NCBI GenBank assembly: GCA_021298595.1
Contig: JAJTHL010000003.1
Span: 713 to 64,712 of the forward strand
Length of the DNA: 64,000 bases
DNA from: Alphaproteobacteria bacterium
Lineage (GTDB): Bacteria; Pseudomonadota; Alphaproteobacteria; Caedimonadales; UBA1908
Direction of reading: 5' to 3'
The translations under genes and the position numbers were made by a program. Under the pieces are notes generated by a model. That model made no database searches. It had not been told where the DNA came from and was given only the letters and a program-made list of their open reading frames with translations. This document shows, in pieces, positions 11,423 through 21,930 of this stretch (position 1 is its first letter; each line of letters opens with the position of its first letter).

Positions 11423-12502
11423 ATGACGCAGAGTTTTGCTAAAAAGAATCCCCTTGCGCTTCAAGGGTGCGGCCTTGTTGGGCTATTGGACACCACGGGG
11501 ACTTACCATGTGGAGCGTTATCCTTGGGCTTATCAAGCCTGGAAGCAGCAACAGCAAATTCACTGGATGGGGGAAGAAGTTCCCTTAGGGGAAGATATTA
11601 AAGACTGGCAAAAGGACGCGCTTAGCGCCAGCGAAAAGCATCTCCTTACCCAGATTTTTCGTTTTTTTACCCAATCCGATGTAGAGGTCAGTGATAACTA
11701 TTTCAAACGCTATATCCCCATCTTTCAACCCCTTGAAATCCAGATGATGATGGCGGCTTTTACCAACATGGAAACGGTGCATATTGATGCGTACGCCCTT
11801 TTACTCAAAACCCTTGGAATGCCGTCAAGTGAATTTCAAGCTTTCCGTCAATACGGCGCCATGCGGGCAAAGTCGGACTATATGAAGACCTTTGGGACGG
11901 AGACCTGCGCGGATGTTTCAAGGACCCTTGCCATGTTTGGGGCCTTTACCGAAGGCATGTCTCTTTTCGCTAGCTTTGCCATGCTCATGAACTTTCCGAG
12001 GTTCAATAAAATGAAGGGCATGGGGCAAATCGTTAGCTGGTCTGTGCGGGACGAGTCACTCCACTGCGCTTCTCTTATTCGGCTCTTCCATGAGTGGAAC
12101 GCGGAAACAAGATCCCTCACCAAAGAAGTGGCAAATGACATTACCGAAGTCGGCAAAACCATGGTGGGCCTTGAGGATAAGTTCATTGAGCTTGCCTTTG
12201 AGCTTGGCGATATCCAGGGACTGACACCAGAAGACGTGCAGCAGTATATCCGGTATATTGCGGACTGGCGCTTAACGCAGCTCAAACTTCAACCCCTTTA
12301 TGGATATTTCGACGGCAAAGACGGCACGTACGAGCAGCGCCGCCCCCACCCCCTGCCTTGGCTGACGGCCATCCTAAACGGCGTGGAGCACGCGAACTTT
12401 TTTGAAGCGCGGGCAACCGAATACACCAAAGCCGCGACAAAAGGCGAGTGGCACGGCGACGACGGCGTCTGGCAGCAGTTTGACACAAAAAAGGCGTCCT
12501 AA
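11423..12502 (+). CDS. nrdB: Ribonucleotide reductase class Ia beta subunit
   Basis: Di-iron ligands FFTQSD, ETVHIDAY (radical Tyr), FTEG, RDESLH; NFFE motif. Confidence 0.95.
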   Translation: MTQSFAKKNPLALQGCGLVGLLDTTGTYHVERYPWAYQAWKQQQQIHWMGEEVPLGEDIKDWQKDALSASEKHLLTQIFRFFTQSDVEVSDNYFKRYIPIFQPLEIQMMMAAFTNMETVHIDAYALLLKTLGMPSSEFQAFRQYGAMRAKSDYMKTFGTETCADVSRTLAMFGAFTEGMSLFASFAMLMNFPRFNKMKGMGQIVSWSVRDESLHCASLIRLFHEWNAETRSLTKEVANDITEVGKTMVGLEDKFIELAFELGDIQGLTPEDVQQYIRYIADWRLTQLKLQPLYGYFDGKDGTYEQRRPHPLPWLTAILNGVEHANFFEARATEYTKAATKGEWHGDDGVWQQFDTKKAS

Positions 12503-12514
12503 GGGACGCCTTTT
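12489..12514. terminator. Bidirectional intrinsic terminator
   Basis: aaaaggcgtcc-taag-ggacgcctttt between convergent genes. Confidence 0.8.
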
Positions 12515-12534
12515 GATCCAAGCACTGAACTGGC

Positions 12535-13275
12535 TTACTTCGTCACCACGAACCATCCGGGATGTGTGACAAAAGTATCGACGTTATAAGGCTTTTGGGC
12601 AGCCTGTCCCCCAACATTTCTTTGTGTCATGACACAGTCAGAAAATCCTGCATTTTGAAAGAACTCTTTAAGCTGGGCGGTGTAGGCCGCCTCAAACCTA
12701 GGATGTTCATCGTTAAAGACATCGAAATCTTCTTTTGTTAACCATTGATTAAACGGATTCAAAAGACCCTTTACCAAATAGCCATGAAGTTGAGCTTTAT
12801 GTTCGTCATTCTCGGCGAAATTCCCGCCCCACATATAATTAAACTCCAGGGTTCCTCCATCCTTCAAAAGACGCGCTAGCCCTTTAAAGATATTTAACAC
12901 CAAATGAGGGTTTTCTAGTTTGAGACCTCTCTCTGTTCTAACAGCAGTACCATTTTCGATCTCGCCGTTGAAGACAGTTGTGGGAATATTGCACAGCAAA
13001 ATCTTATCAAAAGACGCCTCGGGGGCGGTAGAGAGTTTTCCTTGAGTGACCACATCATCCTCAAGATCTGGATTCGCAGAAGATTCACAGTCCACCTGAT
13101 AAAAGGTTGAGTCATAATTATTATAGGCATGCCCTTCACCAATGGCCATGATTTTAGGAGCATTACCTCTTTCCTCGAGATACTCTGAAACAGTCCGTGA
13201 CGCAGACACATTGACACCCCACACTGCGGTTGCCATGACCGACAGAATGGAAATTCTTTTAAAAATCTTTTTCAT
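12535..13275 (-). CDS. Secreted hypothetical protein with class I methyltransferase-like motifs
   Basis: Signal peptide ending VSAS; IMAIGEG, SFDKILL and LARLLKDGGTL resemble SAM-MTase strands. Confidence 0.55.
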   Translation of the reverse strand: MKKIFKRISILSVMATAVWGVNVSASRTVSEYLEERGNAPKIMAIGEGHAYNNYDSTFYQVDCESSANPDLEDDVVTQGKLSTAPEASFDKILLCNIPTTVFNGEIENGTAVRTERGLKLENPHLVLNIFKGLARLLKDGGTLEFNYMWGGNFAENDEHKAQLHGYLVKGLLNPFNQWLTKEDFDVFNDEHPRFEAAYTAQLKEFFQNAGFSDCVMTQRNVGGQAAQKPYNVDTFVTHPGWFVVTK

Positions 13276-13526
13276 TTATTTTTTTCCTTTATCGTTAAAG
13301 TACACCAGAAAAACTAATATACAAAAAACGCGAAAAGATCAATTTTTTTTCCAAACCATTTTTACATAAGATACGTTTTAACTGAATAATCGCTAGTGAA
13401 AGCTGTCCCTATTTTAGACGAATCTGAGAGCGCGAAAGCTTGGTCACTTCTCATGTGCTCCTTGCACATGACACACCTCACTTGTAAAGTGGAAAAACAA
13501 GCGCTTATGGGCAAGGCCTGCGCCGG

Positions 13527-13590
13527 CATTTCTTTGTGCCACCGCATAGTCAGAAAATCCTACATTTTGAAAGAACTCTTTAAGCTTGGC
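13527..13590 (-). repeat. Intergenic direct repeat of 12615-12678 (gene relic)
   Basis: 57 of 64 nt identical by manual alignment to the 3' part of the 12535..13275 gene. Confidence 0.85.
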
Positions 13591-13680
13591 AAAGAAGTCT
13601 ATCAATTTGTAAATTTTCACCATTGAAAATCATCCGGTCTGTATTGACGATCATTCTTTATTCAGAATATTCTCAGATAG

Positions 13681-15258
13681 TTGAAGCGTAATAAGATGCT
13701 AATGTCAGGATGTAAAACGACACACATTTCCTTTGCCTTGCTGCTCATTCATTTAACGCTTACAGCCTTGTGGGCCACCAGCAACGACGACACGCCCTAT
13801 GAGATAGTCATGCGTCTTAGGCAAACAGGCGCATACGAAAAGGCTCTTCCTTATTTTTTAGCCGTTGCAAGCGAGGCGTCTCATCTAGAAAGTCATGAAG
13901 ACAAGCTTCTGCGAACAAACGCCCGGTACATGGCCGCCCTTTGCTGTGAGGATCTTGGTGACCTTTTACGAGCTTTTTCGTGGCATCAAGAGGCCCTTAA
14001 AGCCGATGAAACCTTTGAGCCGTCAAAACTACGCCTTTTTCAGATCAATATTCTCTCTCTTCTACCACCGGAAATCCTGATTTCTCTTATAAAGTATCTA
14101 GACCTACCCTCCCTTTTTTCTTTTGCACGGACATCTCACTACGCCCATGATCTTTATGTCGATGCTCTTACCACAACGGATTTTCTAACTGACCCCTATC
14201 CATTTGCCCAGACGCTTCTGCACACGTTTTGCGATGCTCAGTTTGAGCCAAAACCAGCGCACATCAAGCTTCAAAGGGTTGCCGGCGTCCCAAGGGGAGA
14301 CATAACTGTTTCGTTTCGGGATCCTCAACACTTGCGTAAAATTGTCACGCGCACCCCTAAAATCATTACGACTCCTCCAGGGCGCGTTCTTTTTCAAAAA
14401 AAACCCGGCGCGAAAGACTACGAGGAGTTAAGTTCATCTTTAGGTCTTAACGTGCATCACACCTATTTTTTCAATATTGTTGGTACCACGCCCATCACCA
14501 TGACAGGGTCTATCAATACACCCTTTGCCGTACAACTTCCTAAGGGATCCAAAAGCATCAGCTTGCCCTTAATGGTTAGTGGTGGCTTTATTCCCATTAT
14601 GAACGCTGAGCTTCGTGTGCAAGAAAATGGTTTTGCCCTTGCAGACATGCTGGAAACCGACACAACGCTTCTTCGTGATATTCGCACCCGCGACGCGCGG
14701 CAACTTTTTGAGAAGAGCAAAGAAAGCCGAATCGCTAATCCTGCTCTTTACCCCTCTTTTGAGGTTTGTTGTCCAAGCGCCCTTCTTTACCATACGGATC
14801 CACTTTCTTTTGTCTCTTTTGATCATCTTTACGCGACAGATCCCATTATTTACTGTGCATGCTCTGGCACAGAGCTCGACGCCTTTATCGGGAATAACCC
14901 AGAGCTTTATGTCAACGACCATGGGTATTTCATCGATGAAGTTTTTGAAAAGTCCCAGCTTTACTGCCAAGGTCCCCTTACTGTACGTAAAGCATTTCTC
15001 ATCCAAACAAGAGGGGACCTTATCTGCCTTGGCAAGGTCACCCTTCCAGACCATAGCCTTGTTTTCATTGCTTCTCGTGAACTTTACTTTTTAGGCGCTC
15101 AGGTTACGGCTCTTTTGGTGAGGCACGTTGCAAGTCTTTGCTTTCAGTCATTAGACCCCTTTCATCCTGATCAAAAGCCCGAAGAGATGTCCCAGGCGTT
15201 ATGGTCGCGTCTTACAAATCTACCCGACGCCCCCATGGCAACCCATTTTTCTCTTTAA
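13681..15258 (+). CDS. Secreted TPR + F-box protein (putative effector)
   Basis: Hydrophobic N-terminus; TPR-like YEKALPYF / AFSWHQEAL; F-box LSLLPPEILISLIKYLDLPSLFSFARTSH; start codon uncertain. Confidence 0.7.
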   Translation: MKRNKMLMSGCKTTHISFALLLIHLTLTALWATSNDDTPYEIVMRLRQTGAYEKALPYFLAVASEASHLESHEDKLLRTNARYMAALCCEDLGDLLRAFSWHQEALKADETFEPSKLRLFQINILSLLPPEILISLIKYLDLPSLFSFARTSHYAHDLYVDALTTTDFLTDPYPFAQTLLHTFCDAQFEPKPAHIKLQRVAGVPRGDITVSFRDPQHLRKIVTRTPKIITTPPGRVLFQKKPGAKDYEELSSSLGLNVHHTYFFNIVGTTPITMTGSINTPFAVQLPKGSKSISLPLMVSGGFIPIMNAELRVQENGFALADMLETDTTLLRDIRTRDARQLFEKSKESRIANPALYPSFEVCCPSALLYHTDPLSFVSFDHLYATDPIIYCACSGTELDAFIGNNPELYVNDHGYFIDEVFEKSQLYCQGPLTVRKAFLIQTRGDLICLGKVTLPDHSLVFIASRELYFLGAQVTALLVRHVASLCFQSLDPFHPDQKPEEMSQALWSRLTNLPDAPMATHFSL

Positions 15259-15283
15259 ATGAAATGATCAGCTAAAAAAACGT

Positions 15284-16978
15284 TTATCTTTTGGATAGTT
15301 TTTTAACACGGTCTTTCATATCATCCACAAGGGTTGAAATACGCGACGTGTTGTCTGAAATTTCCCGCGTGACCGCACTTTGTTCTTCGATGGCGCCTGC
15401 AATGCTGGAAGTATACTTGTTAACGGTATCAACCAAGGTCGTAATATTCTCGATGGAGCCACGAAGCGTTTGTGAGGCTTGCTGCACTGTTTTAATTTCT
15501 TTCGCAACTTCTTCGGTTGCTTGGGCTGTCTGACTGGCAAGGCTTTTCACCTCCACCGCCACGACCGCAAAACCTTTACCAGCCTCGCCTGCGCGCGCCG
15601 CCTCGATGGTCGCATTCAGGGCAAGGAGGTTTGTTTGCCTGGCGATTTCCTCGATAATGCGAATGATGCTTTCCATGGCCGTTGTGGTGCTAATCAAATG
15701 CTCAGCTGATGAGCCCACATGGGCAGTTGCCTCAGTTATATTGGCTGTCGCGTCCGTGGTCATGGACATATTTTTGCTGATCTCATTGATAGAGGCCGAT
15801 AGTTCTTCGACGGCAGCTGCCACCGTTTGAGTGTTACTCGACGTATTTTCCGCCACGGTGCATATTTGCATTACATCCGTAAGATTTGTTGCATACTTAA
15901 CTATCTTAAAGGGTCTCCCATTCATATCAAAGATCGGGTTGTAAGACGCCTGAATCCATACATCGTGGCCGTCTTTGGCAATTCTCCTATAAATGCGCGT
16001 GTCAAACGCCCCACTCCTGAGCTTTTGCCAAAAATCAATATACTCTTGGCTTTGAACCTCGGCGGGATCGACAAACATCCTATGATGTTTTCCTTTAATT
16101 TCGTCTAAAGTGTATCCCATGGCTTGCAAAAAGGTGTCATTTGCGGTGATGATGGTGCCATCCAAATTAAACTCAATAACCGCCTGAGCTTTGTTGATGG
16201 CTTCAATTTGACCTTGATTATCTGCGGCTTGCAGTTTTTGTGCTGTGACATCAGAGGCAAACTTTACAATCTTAAAAACTTTTCCCTCCATATCAAGAAT
16301 AGGATTGTAGGTCGCCTGAATCCAAACTTCTTTACCGTCTTTTCCTAAGCGCTTGCATTCGCCTGCCCAATACTCTCCGTCGCGCAGTTTCTTCCAAAAC
16401 CGCTCGTACTCACGGCTTTTTGCGTAATCATCCTCGACAAAAATGCTGTGGTGCTTTCCTTTGACCTCTGCGATTGTATAGGACATAGTGCGAAGGAATT
16501 TATCATTGGCGTTGATAATGATACCATCTAAGTTGAATTCAATCACGGCCTGGGATCTATTGATGGCTTCAATTTGTCCCTGGAAGTCAGCTTGCTGAAG
16601 ATGTGCCCTTGTGACATCAAGCGCACATTTCACCACATACAGGACATTGCCTTTGTCATCTTTGACTGGACTATAAGAGGCTTCGATCCAAACAGCGCGC
16701 CCGCCCTTGGCAAGTCGTTTAAAGGTACGCGAAACGAATTCGCCGCTCGCAAGGGTCTTCCAAAAATCTGCATAGTTTTGAGATTTTGCATCATCGCTCG
16801 TGACAAAAATCAGATGATGTTGCCCTTTGATCTCTTCAAGGGTGTAACCCATGACATCCAAAAACTTTTGATTTGCGTCAAGAATAGTGCCGTCGGTTTT
16901 GAAACGGATTATCGCAAGAGAGCGCTCAAGGGCTATTAATTCCTGTCGTGCGTTTCCTGTTGTTGAGTGAGAGAACAT
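15284..16978 (-). CDS. Soluble methyl-accepting chemotaxis protein with three PAS/PAC domains
   Basis: Three repeats of IEFxLDGxIxxAN...KGxHH...WIxAxYxP; MCP hairpin [27 protein letters not shown]; RBS before ATG 16978. Confidence 0.92.
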   Translation of the reverse strand: MFSHSTTGNARQELIALERSLAIIRFKTDGTILDANQKFLDVMGYTLEEIKGQHHLIFVTSDDAKSQNYADFWKTLASGEFVSRTFKRLAKGGRAVWIEASYSPVKDDKGNVLYVVKCALDVTRAHLQQADFQGQIEAINRSQAVIEFNLDGIIINANDKFLRTMSYTIAEVKGKHHSIFVEDDYAKSREYERFWKKLRDGEYWAGECKRLGKDGKEVWIQATYNPILDMEGKVFKIVKFASDVTAQKLQAADNQGQIEAINKAQAVIEFNLDGTIITANDTFLQAMGYTLDEIKGKHHRMFVDPAEVQSQEYIDFWQKLRSGAFDTRIYRRIAKDGHDVWIQASYNPIFDMNGRPFKIVKYATNLTDVMQICTVAENTSSNTQTVAAAVEELSASINEISKNMSMTTDATANITEATAHVGSSAEHLISTTTAMESIIRIIEEIARQTNLLALNATIEAARAGEAGKGFAVVAVEVKSLASQTAQATEEVAKEIKTVQQASQTLRGSIENITTLVDTVNKYTSSIAGAIEEQSAVTREISDNTSRISTLVDDMKDRVKKLSKR

Positions 16979-17124
16979 ACGACCTTCCTTCCGTCTCTGT
17001 GCCATCTTCACAAGATGCACACAGCATAACCATGATTTTCTAAAAAATTGGTAAAGCCAAAATAAAAGGCTCATCTATTTCTTATGCATTATGCTATGGA
17101 TGATGTGAGATTGAACCTATCAAA

Positions 17125-17676
17125 GTGAGCTTCATGCCCAGTGTTGGCAAGTTTTTCTCAGGGGTCGTCCTTAAGAAAGCAACCAAAGATGATGTTGAGG
17201 CCATCGCCCAGATTCATATAGCCTCTTGGAAAGAGACCTATCACCCTTTTTTTCCAAAAAGTTACCTTGAAAAACTATCCCTTGAAGAAAAAATCACTCA
17301 ATGGACAAGTTACTTTAAGACGTCCGATCAAGATGACTTTTCTGTATATATGGCTTTTCATGAACAAACACCCGTTGGTTTTATCTCCTTTGGACCTAGT
17401 CGTGACCGTGACTTAGCAAAGGACGGCGAAATATATGCTCTCTATTTAAGTCCCTCTCATTGGGGCATGGGAATCGGATACAACCTTTTTTGTACCGCTC
17501 ATCAAGAAATGTTATCAAACGGGGCAACGGGCACGCATCTGTGGGCATTGGAGGAAAACAGCCAAGCTCTTTGCGCGTACAAAAGGTGGGGAGGGAAAAT
17601 CAGCTCTCACAGCAAAAGAACCTTCATCCTTGAGCAGAATAAGTATAGGGAGGTGTTGGTCATGTTTGCCCCATAA
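17125..17676 (+). CDS. GNAT acetyltransferase
   Basis: IAQIHIASWKETY, GEIYALYL, HWGMGIG motifs. Confidence 0.85.
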   Translation: MSFMPSVGKFFSGVVLKKATKDDVEAIAQIHIASWKETYHPFFPKSYLEKLSLEEKITQWTSYFKTSDQDDFSVYMAFHEQTPVGFISFGPSRDRDLAKDGEIYALYLSPSHWGMGIGYNLFCTAHQEMLSNGATGTHLWALEENSQALCAYKRWGGKISSHSKRTFILEQNKYREVLVMFAP

Positions 17677-17849
17677 TCACGTCGTGTGGGGCAAGGTCAG
17701 ACCATGGCGTGCTGATTTATTTGTCTATATCGACCAAAGGAATTAAAATCACTTTTTGAAAAAACCATAAAAAATCAAAATGATTTTTTATCCGTCCATG
17801 GTATATGTTATTGGCTTTTAAGAGCCAGTAATGTGAGGAAAAAAATGAC

Positions 17850-18809
17850 ATGGTGTCTTTCAAAAAAATAACTATGAGGATTTGCATGTGCGCTTCCATG
17901 ACGACGAGCATCACCCACGCCAGCGACTTTCACCCCACCTATGAAGAGCTATCTCGCACTGGAATGATTCAGACGTTAGCTCATGAAGATCTTCAAAAAA
18001 AATTCCTTGAAACGTCGGCTGGAAAACTTGCTTATTATGAAACAACCGGCACTGGAGACACGCTTTTACTGATCCATGGCAACTCGACTTCCAAGGAATA
18101 TATGATCCGACAACTCGACGAACTTGGCACTAAATACAAAATGCTCGCGCTCGATCTTCCTGGGCATGGTGAAAGTGATAACGCGGTGGTTCCCCTTGAC
18201 ACATATACCCTCGCTGGATATGGCCGCGTGTGCTGCGAGTTCATTGAAAAGCTGAATCTTGGCCCTGTTACCGTGGTAGGTTGGTCCCTGGGTGGTCATA
18301 TTGCCATGGAGATGATGGCTGAAAACCCGAGCCTTCTTCGCGGCGTTCTCATCGCTTGCGCGCCGCCTTTTACGCCGTCAGAGAATGGGTTAAAGGAAGC
18401 CTACCTGCCAACATACTCTACGCCCCTTAGCATGAAAATAGATCCCTTTACCCTCGAGGATACTAAATCTTACATTACTCAAGGCGTTATTGACTTTGAA
18501 AAGTATCCTCTGCTTGCCAAAGCAAGCATGCGCGCCCATGGTCTTGCCCGCCATACCATGGTCAGCGCCGTCTTAAAAGGAGAAGGCCGTGACGAACGAC
18601 AGGTGGTTGAACGTTCTTGTGTGCCCCTAGGTATCCTGATGGCAAAACAAGATCACGCCATCAATAACGACTACACCGCGTCCCTAGCGTACGCGAACTG
18701 TGTGATGATGGAAACCCTTGACGGTCCTCACGACTGTCAGTGGAGCCACCCTGAGGCCTTCAACAAAGTGATTGTTTCCTTTGTTGAAAAATGCAAAAAG
18801 AAGTCCTGA
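17850..18809 (+). CDS. Alpha/beta hydrolase with possible signal peptide
   Basis: LIHGNS, DLPGHGES, GWSLGG nucleophile elbow, GPHD. Confidence 0.9.
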   Translation: MVSFKKITMRICMCASMTTSITHASDFHPTYEELSRTGMIQTLAHEDLQKKFLETSAGKLAYYETTGTGDTLLLIHGNSTSKEYMIRQLDELGTKYKMLALDLPGHGESDNAVVPLDTYTLAGYGRVCCEFIEKLNLGPVTVVGWSLGGHIAMEMMAENPSLLRGVLIACAPPFTPSENGLKEAYLPTYSTPLSMKIDPFTLEDTKSYITQGVIDFEKYPLLAKASMRAHGLARHTMVSAVLKGEGRDERQVVERSCVPLGILMAKQDHAINNDYTASLAYANCVMMETLDGPHDCQWSHPEAFNKVIVSFVEKCKKKS

Positions 18810-19168
18810 TCAAACTTGTGTTTTAAGACTTAAGTTTATGTTTAGGGTGGATCGCGCGATGATGGCTTTACAAAAATCTAAGGGGGCATGCCTCAAGGAC
18901 CAAGAGCTTAATCCTCTCCTTAAACAACAGCTGTAGCAAAACCATAAAATGTCTCACTTAGGTCAAAATAGGCAAAGGCTGCCCAGCTCCTGGGCCCCCA
19001 TTAAGACGCGTTGTCGAAGCTTTTCGCCTTCCTGTGTATTTCTGTCATTTTTTTGTCAAAATCAAATGATTTTCCATAACGTAATTCGAAAATTGAGATA
19101 TTTTTTATGAGAATATGTATCTAATAGATGCTATATTACATAAGTTAAGTAAAAAAAGCAGGGACACA

Positions 19169-20253
19169 ATGACAACAAAAGCTTATGGGGCCTCTTCTTC
19201 AACCACTCCTCTTGGACCTATGATCCTTAAGAGGCGCGCGCTCAAACCGAGGGACGTTGCCATAGATATTCTTTATTGCGGCGTATGCCACTCGGACGTC
19301 CACACCGTCAGAAGCGAATGGCCAGGGACCCTCTACCCCTGTGTTCCAGGGCACGAAATCATTGGTCGCGTCACAGCCATTGGCAAAGATGTAACACGCT
19401 TTAAGACAGGGCAAATCGTTGGGGTCGGATGCATGGTTGACAGCTGCCGCACGTGTGCCTCTTGCAAAGACGATCTTGAGCAATACTGCGAAGGCCCCAA
19501 AGGGTTTACGGGCACCTACAACGGCGCCGAAGAAAACGGTGATCATACCTATGGCGGCTACGCAGAGCATATTGTTGTGGATGATCATTTTGTCTTGAGT
19601 ATTTCCCACGATGAAAAAGATCTTGCAGCCGTCGCTCCTCTTTTGTGTGCGGGGATTACCACTTGGTCGCCGCTGCGGCACTGGGGAACGGGTCCTGGTA
19701 AAAAGGTCGGCGTTGTCGGGATTGGCGGCCTTGGCCACATGGGCATCAAGCTTGCGCGCGCCCTTGGGGCTCATGTGGTGGCCTTTACAAGCTCTGACAG
19801 CAAAGTCAAAGACGCCTTGCAACTTGGCGCCCATGAAGTCGTCATCTCAAAGGATGCAAACGCCGTCGCGACCCATACGCGTAGTTTTGATTTTATTCTT
19901 AATACCGTTGCAGCCTCCCATAACCTTGATGCTTTTATGACGCTTTTGAAACGAGACGGCACCATGACGCTGGTGGGAGCGCCTTCCACGCCGCACCCCT
20001 CACCCACCATCATGAACCTGATTTTTGGCAGGCGCTCCCTTGGAGGATCTCTCATTGGGGGCATTAAAGAAACCCAAGAAATGCTTGATTTTTGCGCGAA
20101 GCATCAGATCACATCGGAGATCGAACTCATTCCCATACAAGAGATTAACACCGCCTCATTCCCATACAAGAGATTAACACCGCCTATGACCGGATGGTTA
20201 AAAGCGATGTGAAATACCGATTTGTCATTGATATGGCCTCCCTCAAAGGGTAA
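19169..20253 (+). pseudogene. Zn-dependent NADP alcohol dehydrogenase (YahK/AdhC-like), C-terminus frameshifted by a 29-bp duplication
   Basis: CGVCHSD, PGHE, CxxCxxC, GIGGLGH; the conserved end [17 protein letters not shown] is in another frame after the repeat. Confidence 0.85.
20126..20183 (+). repeat. Perfect 29-bp tandem duplication
   Basis: ctcattcccatacaagagattaacaccgc at 20126-20154 and 20155-20183. Confidence 0.95.
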
Positions 20254-20357
20254 GGCACTTGGGCGCGCTTTCTTTCAACGAGGGCTCGCCTTTAGATCTT
20301 TATCGTCTGTAAAGACTGCGATAAGTTACAAGACCATCAATTCTTTTTTGCAGGCTC

Positions 20358-21206
20358 ATGTCTTCTCAAACAGTTTTCATCACAGGTGTGTCCTCTGGCC
20401 TAGGTTTTGACTTTGCCAGCGCCCTTCTTGAGCAGGGGTACGTGGTTTACGGCGGCGCGCGGGACTTGACCGCCCTCACCCCCCTCATTCAAAAAGGGTT
20501 AAAGGCCGTGCCATTGGACCTTTGTGACGACGAAAGCATCCTCAACGCGGCTCAAGAAATCACGCAAAACGGCGCCTGCCTTGATGTACTGATTAATAAT
20601 GCCGGCATTGGTATTTACGGCGCCCTTGAAGACATACCCCTCTCAACCGCAAGAGAGCAATTTGAGGTCAACCTTTTTGGGCACGCGCGCTTGACGCAGC
20701 TTCTTCTGCCCGCCATGCGGCAAAAGGGATGCGGGAAAATCATCAGCGTCTCGTCCATGTCTGGAAGGCTCTATAGTCCCCTTGCGGGTTGGTATCACGC
20801 AAGCAAACATGCCCTTGAGGCCTGGTCTGATTGCCTGCGTTTAGAACTGCATCCCTTTGGCATTCACGTGGTTTTGATTGAGCCGGGCGCGGTTGCGACT
20901 GAGTTTTCTCACAAAATGCTTAGACGCCTTGAAACGCATTCCGCGCACACACCTTATGCTCCTTTGACGGCGCGCCTCAAAGCCCACACCCTTCGCACGG
21001 TGGCGCAGCACAAAAGATCTCCACCCCGAGTGATTACGCGCGTCCTTCTTAAAGCCATCAAAGCCAAAAACCCCAAACGCCGCTATGTCGCCGGAAAGTA
21101 CGCGCGTCTTTTTCTTTTTTGTCGCAGGTTTTTAGGAGACGCTTTTTTTGATCAGCTGATGCTACGAGCCTTTAAGTGGCGACGCGCGCGCTCCTCTCGC
21201 ACGTGA
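20358..21206 (+). CDS. Short-chain dehydrogenase/reductase
   Basis: ITGVSSGLG, NNAG, YHASK. Confidence 0.92.
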   Translation: MSSQTVFITGVSSGLGFDFASALLEQGYVVYGGARDLTALTPLIQKGLKAVPLDLCDDESILNAAQEITQNGACLDVLINNAGIGIYGALEDIPLSTAREQFEVNLFGHARLTQLLLPAMRQKGCGKIISVSSMSGRLYSPLAGWYHASKHALEAWSDCLRLELHPFGIHVVLIEPGAVATEFSHKMLRRLETHSAHTPYAPLTARLKAHTLRTVAQHKRSPPRVITRVLLKAIKAKNPKRRYVAGKYARLFLFCRRFLGDAFFDQLMLRAFKWRRARSSRT

Positions 21207-21262
21207 CTAACGCACCGCTTTGTTGTGTGCTAAGATGATAAAAAAATAAGGGAGACCTCACT

Positions 21263-21739
21263 ATGACACAGCGCCTGAATTATGTCCGTCTTTCAGCAGA
21301 GTCCTATAAAAAACTCATGGAGTTAAGTGATACGGTTAAACACAGCTCTCTTAGCCAACAGCTCATTGATCTTGTGTATTTGCGAGCCTCTCAGTTGAAT
21401 GGGTGTGCTTTTTGTGTGGACATGCATAGCAAAGAAGCGCGTCTTCACGGCGAGGACGAACTGCGCCTCCATCACCTGGTGATCTGGCATGAATCTCCTC
21501 TTTTCACGGAAAAAGAGCGCGCCGCCCTTTCCTGGACCGAAGCCCTTACCCATCTTTCTCAAACGGAAATCGATGACGCGTTCTTTGAAGAAACCAAACG
21601 CCATTTTGACGAAAAAGAGCTTTCTGATTTAACTTACGCCATTGCGACCATCAACGCGTGGAATCGTCTGGCCGCCCCTTTTAAGGCAACACCGGGCGGC
21701 GCCGATACAGCTTTGGGACTTGCGAACTGGCGCTCCTAA
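21263..21739 (+). CDS. Carboxymuconolactone decarboxylase/AhpD-like protein
   Basis: LRASQLNGCAFCVDMH, INAWNR. Confidence 0.92.
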   Translation: MTQRLNYVRLSAESYKKLMELSDTVKHSSLSQQLIDLVYLRASQLNGCAFCVDMHSKEARLHGEDELRLHHLVIWHESPLFTEKERAALSWTEALTHLSQTEIDDAFFEETKRHFDEKELSDLTYAIATINAWNRLAAPFKATPGGADTALGLANWRS

Positions 21740-21871
21740 GGAGGGAGAATTTCTCCTCTCTTTCAGCACGCAGGATGGGGGATAGCGCCTAACCTGTGCA
21801 AGACAAGGCCTACATAATTTCACATTTATTCAGTATGATATGAAATTTTTTCATTCTTGGCATTTTTGTGA

Positions 21872-21901
21872 TTGACATATAGTTGTATATGCAACTATAT
21901 T
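21872..21901 (+). promoter_or_regulatory. Sigma70 promoter overlapped by a palindromic MarR-type operator
   Basis: TTGACA 21872-21877, 18-nt spacer, TATATT 21896-21901; inverted repeat atatagttg-N6-caactatat at 21877-21900. Confidence 0.75.
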
Positions 21902-21930
21902 CCCTTTGTGAACAACAAAGAAAGAAAGAC

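Noticed and set aside
18810-19168. Long intergenic gap as a possible mobile-element scar
   Set aside because: No terminal inverted repeats, target duplication or transposase remnant seen
19199-19834. 211 aa antisense ORF within the ADH gene (likewise 56972..57586 within nrdJ and 5963..6490)
   Set aside because: Shadow ORFs opposite longer, better-supported genes
20126-20183. 29-bp repeat as a CRISPR repeat
   Set aside because: Two abutting copies, no spacer, inside a CDS, no cas genes
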